Assembly: GCF_964213995.1 (NCBI RefSeq)
Contig: NC_135819.1
Location: forward strand, 51,956,001 to 52,020,000
Source: Mustelus asterias
Taxonomy: Eukaryota
DNA length: 64,000 nucleotides
Direction: 5' to 3'
The position numbers and the translations under genes were made by a program. Within the stretch, counting starts at the first letter, position 1. Each line of letters starts with the position of its first letter. The notes under the pieces are model-generated. The model was not told the origin of the DNA, did not search any database, and saw only the letters and a program-made list of their open reading frames with translations. Shown here piece after piece: positions 61,161 through 64,000 of this stretch.

Positions 61161-61702
61161 TCTTTGATTCCAAAGTGCGAATCGTTAATATAAATTGGGA
61201 ACAGCTGTGGTGCCAGGGCTTCTTCTACTCCACCAACTTCAAAGAATTACATAAAAAGGACTTCTGCACAGCCTCCATTCAATGGCAATTCATGGGAATT
61301 CACATAAGCAAAGGATTTAAAGGCAGCAGGACAAGGTGGGAATGGTGTTGCAAGAGCATATGGGAACCTTGGCTAGATAAATAAACGCATGGAGTACGAA
61401 AAACAAGGAAATAATGTCAAATCTTTATGAAACACTAGTTAAGCCTCAGCTACAGTACTGCATCTAAACTCTACGCACAACACTTTTGGAAGGATATCAA
61501 TTTTATTTGTCTATCCTTTATTTTCCTAACTCATGAATTAACCTAATTTTAAGCCTGCTTTTCCATTTCTACTGAGAGTTCTGAAGTTGAGGCCTCTGGT
61601 TACTAGTTCACTAACCGGTTTAAGTGTATCCTTTTCAACGTTCACACCCTAAAAGTCTTTTATTAATTTTCTAAAATGGCTTTTAGACCTTTTATCCCTT
61701 TG

Positions 61703-61988
61703 TGGCGGCACGGTGGCACAGTGGTTAGCACTGCTGCCTCACAGCACCAGGGACCTGGGTTCAATTCCAACCTTGGGTGACTGTGCGGAGTTCTCCCCGT
61801 GTCTGTGTGGGTTTCCTCCAGGTGCTCCGGTTTCCTCCCACAATCCAAAGACATGCTGGTTAAGTGCATTGGTTAGGTGCTAAATTCTCCCTCAGTGTCG
61901 AGTGTGGCGACCAGGGAATTTTCATAGTAACTTCACTGCAGTGTTAATGTAAGCCTACTTGTGACACTAATAAATAAACTTTAAACTA
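61703..61988 (+). mobile_element. HE1-type SINE, alternative tail
   Basis: Head, core and tail with small deletions. Confidence 0.9.
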
Positions 61989-62492
61989 ACCTCTCCGACT
62001 CAGGTCTTTAAAATTTTTCATAGTTTTTCCCTATTATCCTTAAAATGATCATGATAATTACAGATAGCCATGACGAATTGGATCAGGAATCACTTTTCTC
62101 TTCAGACTTTTGCCTTCAAAACAATGGAAAACAGTGACAACAATTGCTAATTAGTCTTCATTCACAAACTTCTTCATCTCAAACTTGTTGCCACAGGAAC
62201 AAAAGCAGGAAACGGTGAAGATGGAACAACATGATCACATTTCAAACATTGCACCATCAAGCCTTATTAAGCACACGAGCTGCCTTTCCCATAGAATCAG
62301 TTGAAATGTGATACTTATAGTAAGATAGTAAAACTGTGAGGCATAAATGTAAAAACAAGTCAGAAAGTGACACAAAAGTCTATCAGCATTTTGTATTCTT
62401 TGATTATACAGGATGTGGAAGTGCTGGGTTCCAATAACTGGTGACCAATACTTATAACAACAATAGCTTATTAAGTACTCTGAGCAGCTCAT

Positions 62493-62800
62493 AGTTTAAA
62501 GTTTCTTTATTAGTGTCACAAGTAGGCTTACATGAATACTGCAATGAGGTTACTGTGAAAATTCCTTAGTCGTCACACTCCGGCGCCTGTTCGGGTACAC
62601 TGGGGGAGAATTTATCACGGCCAATGCACCTAACCAGCATGTCTTTCGGACGGTGAGAGGAAGCCGGAGCACCCAGAGCAACCCACACAGACTCGAGAAC
62701 ATGCAAACTCTGCACAGACAGTGACCCCAAGTTGGAAATAGAACCCAAGTCCCTGGCGCTGTGAGGCAGCAGTGCTGACCACTGTGCCATCATGTCGCCC
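62493..62800 (-). mobile_element. HE1-type SINE, alternative tail
   Basis: Full length on the minus strand. Confidence 0.9.
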
Positions 62801-63044
62801 GTGCATCTTATGTGTATTAACTCTGCCTGCGCTCCGGGGAGAACTACCATACTTCTATCACGCAACCCTTTAAATAGCCGCGTCATCCTGTCATTGTGTG
62901 ACCACTTGGTCTACACAGAACAATATAATTTCATTATCTGACTGGTGCCAGCAGTTTGGTTCTTTATGTTTTTCACTGACTACATGAAAATGTTGGTGCA
63001 CACACGCTTTAAATAATGACATGACATGACCCTCATAGCTGTTC

Positions 63045-63403
63045 TCATAGAATCCTTACTGTGCAGAAGGAGGCCATTTGGCCCATCAAGTCTACACCAA
63101 CTCTTCGACAGAGTATCTCTTCCAAGTCCAACCCCTGCCCTATCCCCGGACCCCACACATTTATCCAGCTAATGCTCCTAACGTACACATCTTGGGACAC
63201 CGAGGAGCAATTTTAGCATGGCCAATCCATCTAACCTGCACATCTTTGGACTGTGGAAGGAAACCGGAGCATTCAGAGGAAACCCATGCAGACACAGGGA
63301 GAATGTGCAAACTCCACACAGATTGTCACCCAAGGCTGGAATTGAACCCGAGTCCCTGGCGCTGTGAGGCAGCAGTATTAACCATTGTGGCACCGTGCCG
63401 CCC
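63045..63403 (-). mobile_element. HE1-type SINE, CR1/HER1-type tail
   Basis: Full length on the minus strand. Confidence 0.9.
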
Positions 63404-64000
63404 CGTGTTCTGTGGTTCTTTAAAAGAAATAGAAGAAACCTTTTGTGAAATGGCTTCACAGTTGTGTACATATGTTGGTGTGTGTCATCATCCAGAGAGT
63501 TGTCAGATCATGCTGTAGGGCGATCTTATGCAGATGCACAACTACCAGATAAGTACCAGACAAATGGAAAGACGTTTACATCCTCAAGGTCACAGGTAAG
63601 ATGTTACTGGAACACCCAGACAAACTGAGGACACACAAGAGATGTATGGAGAGTTTCCTCCATAAGAAGATGATACTATCTGCACACATTTGGACTTCAG
63701 TTTGGCAACAAACATCAAGGAAATCATTTATAGTACAAAAAATAGGCCAAGGGCAGACCCTGAGTGATACACACATACATATTATACCTTCATACAGGCA
63801 GCAAATCTTTATTGTTTTCTTGGCATGCACCAGTAAACACTTATTTTAGAAAACTGCTACAAATTTAAAATGCTTATGTTTCTTTAAAATAAATGTTATT
63901 GGTATGTGCATAGGATCTAAAGATAAATGTGCACACGTATCTTTTTTTGCACACTACCGTTTCCATAAAATGGAGTTCCACTGCACACCTGAGAAAAGTC

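Noticed and set aside
63496-63595. Possible exon ending in CAG|gtaag with one open frame (ELSDHAVGRSY...)
   Set aside because: No good polypyrimidine acceptor and no recognisable protein; needs RNA data.

Overview
Eukaryotic, repeat-dense, apparently non-genic DNA (intronic or intergenic) from a cartilaginous fish, most likely a shark. The evidence is ~29 copies of the elasmobranch HE1-type (V-SINE) tRNA-derived SINE plus many CR1/HER1-type LINE fragments. I could not support any host protein-coding exon; every ORF I recognise is transposon-derived (CR1 ORF1 esterase and ORF2, Rex1/Babar RT, Penelope GIY-YIG endonuclease, Harbinger transposase and Myb/SANT protein). Most notable: (i) a Penelope-like family with minimal hammerhead ribozymes, present as one endonuclease-coding fragment and five short TSD-flanked insertions, four of them fold-back, with covarying stem I; (ii) an HE1-type SINE subfamily whose 3' tail resembles the Rex1/Babar LINE tail rather than the CR1 tail; (iii) a second SINE paired with its own partner LINE; (iv) a spliced Harbinger Myb/SANT gene fossil, a transposase fossil and many 3-bp-TSD MITEs; (v) local templated duplications and two solo LTR candidates. 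Repeat boundaries were read by eye and are approximate unless a TSD is quoted. Family names come from recall, not from a database search.
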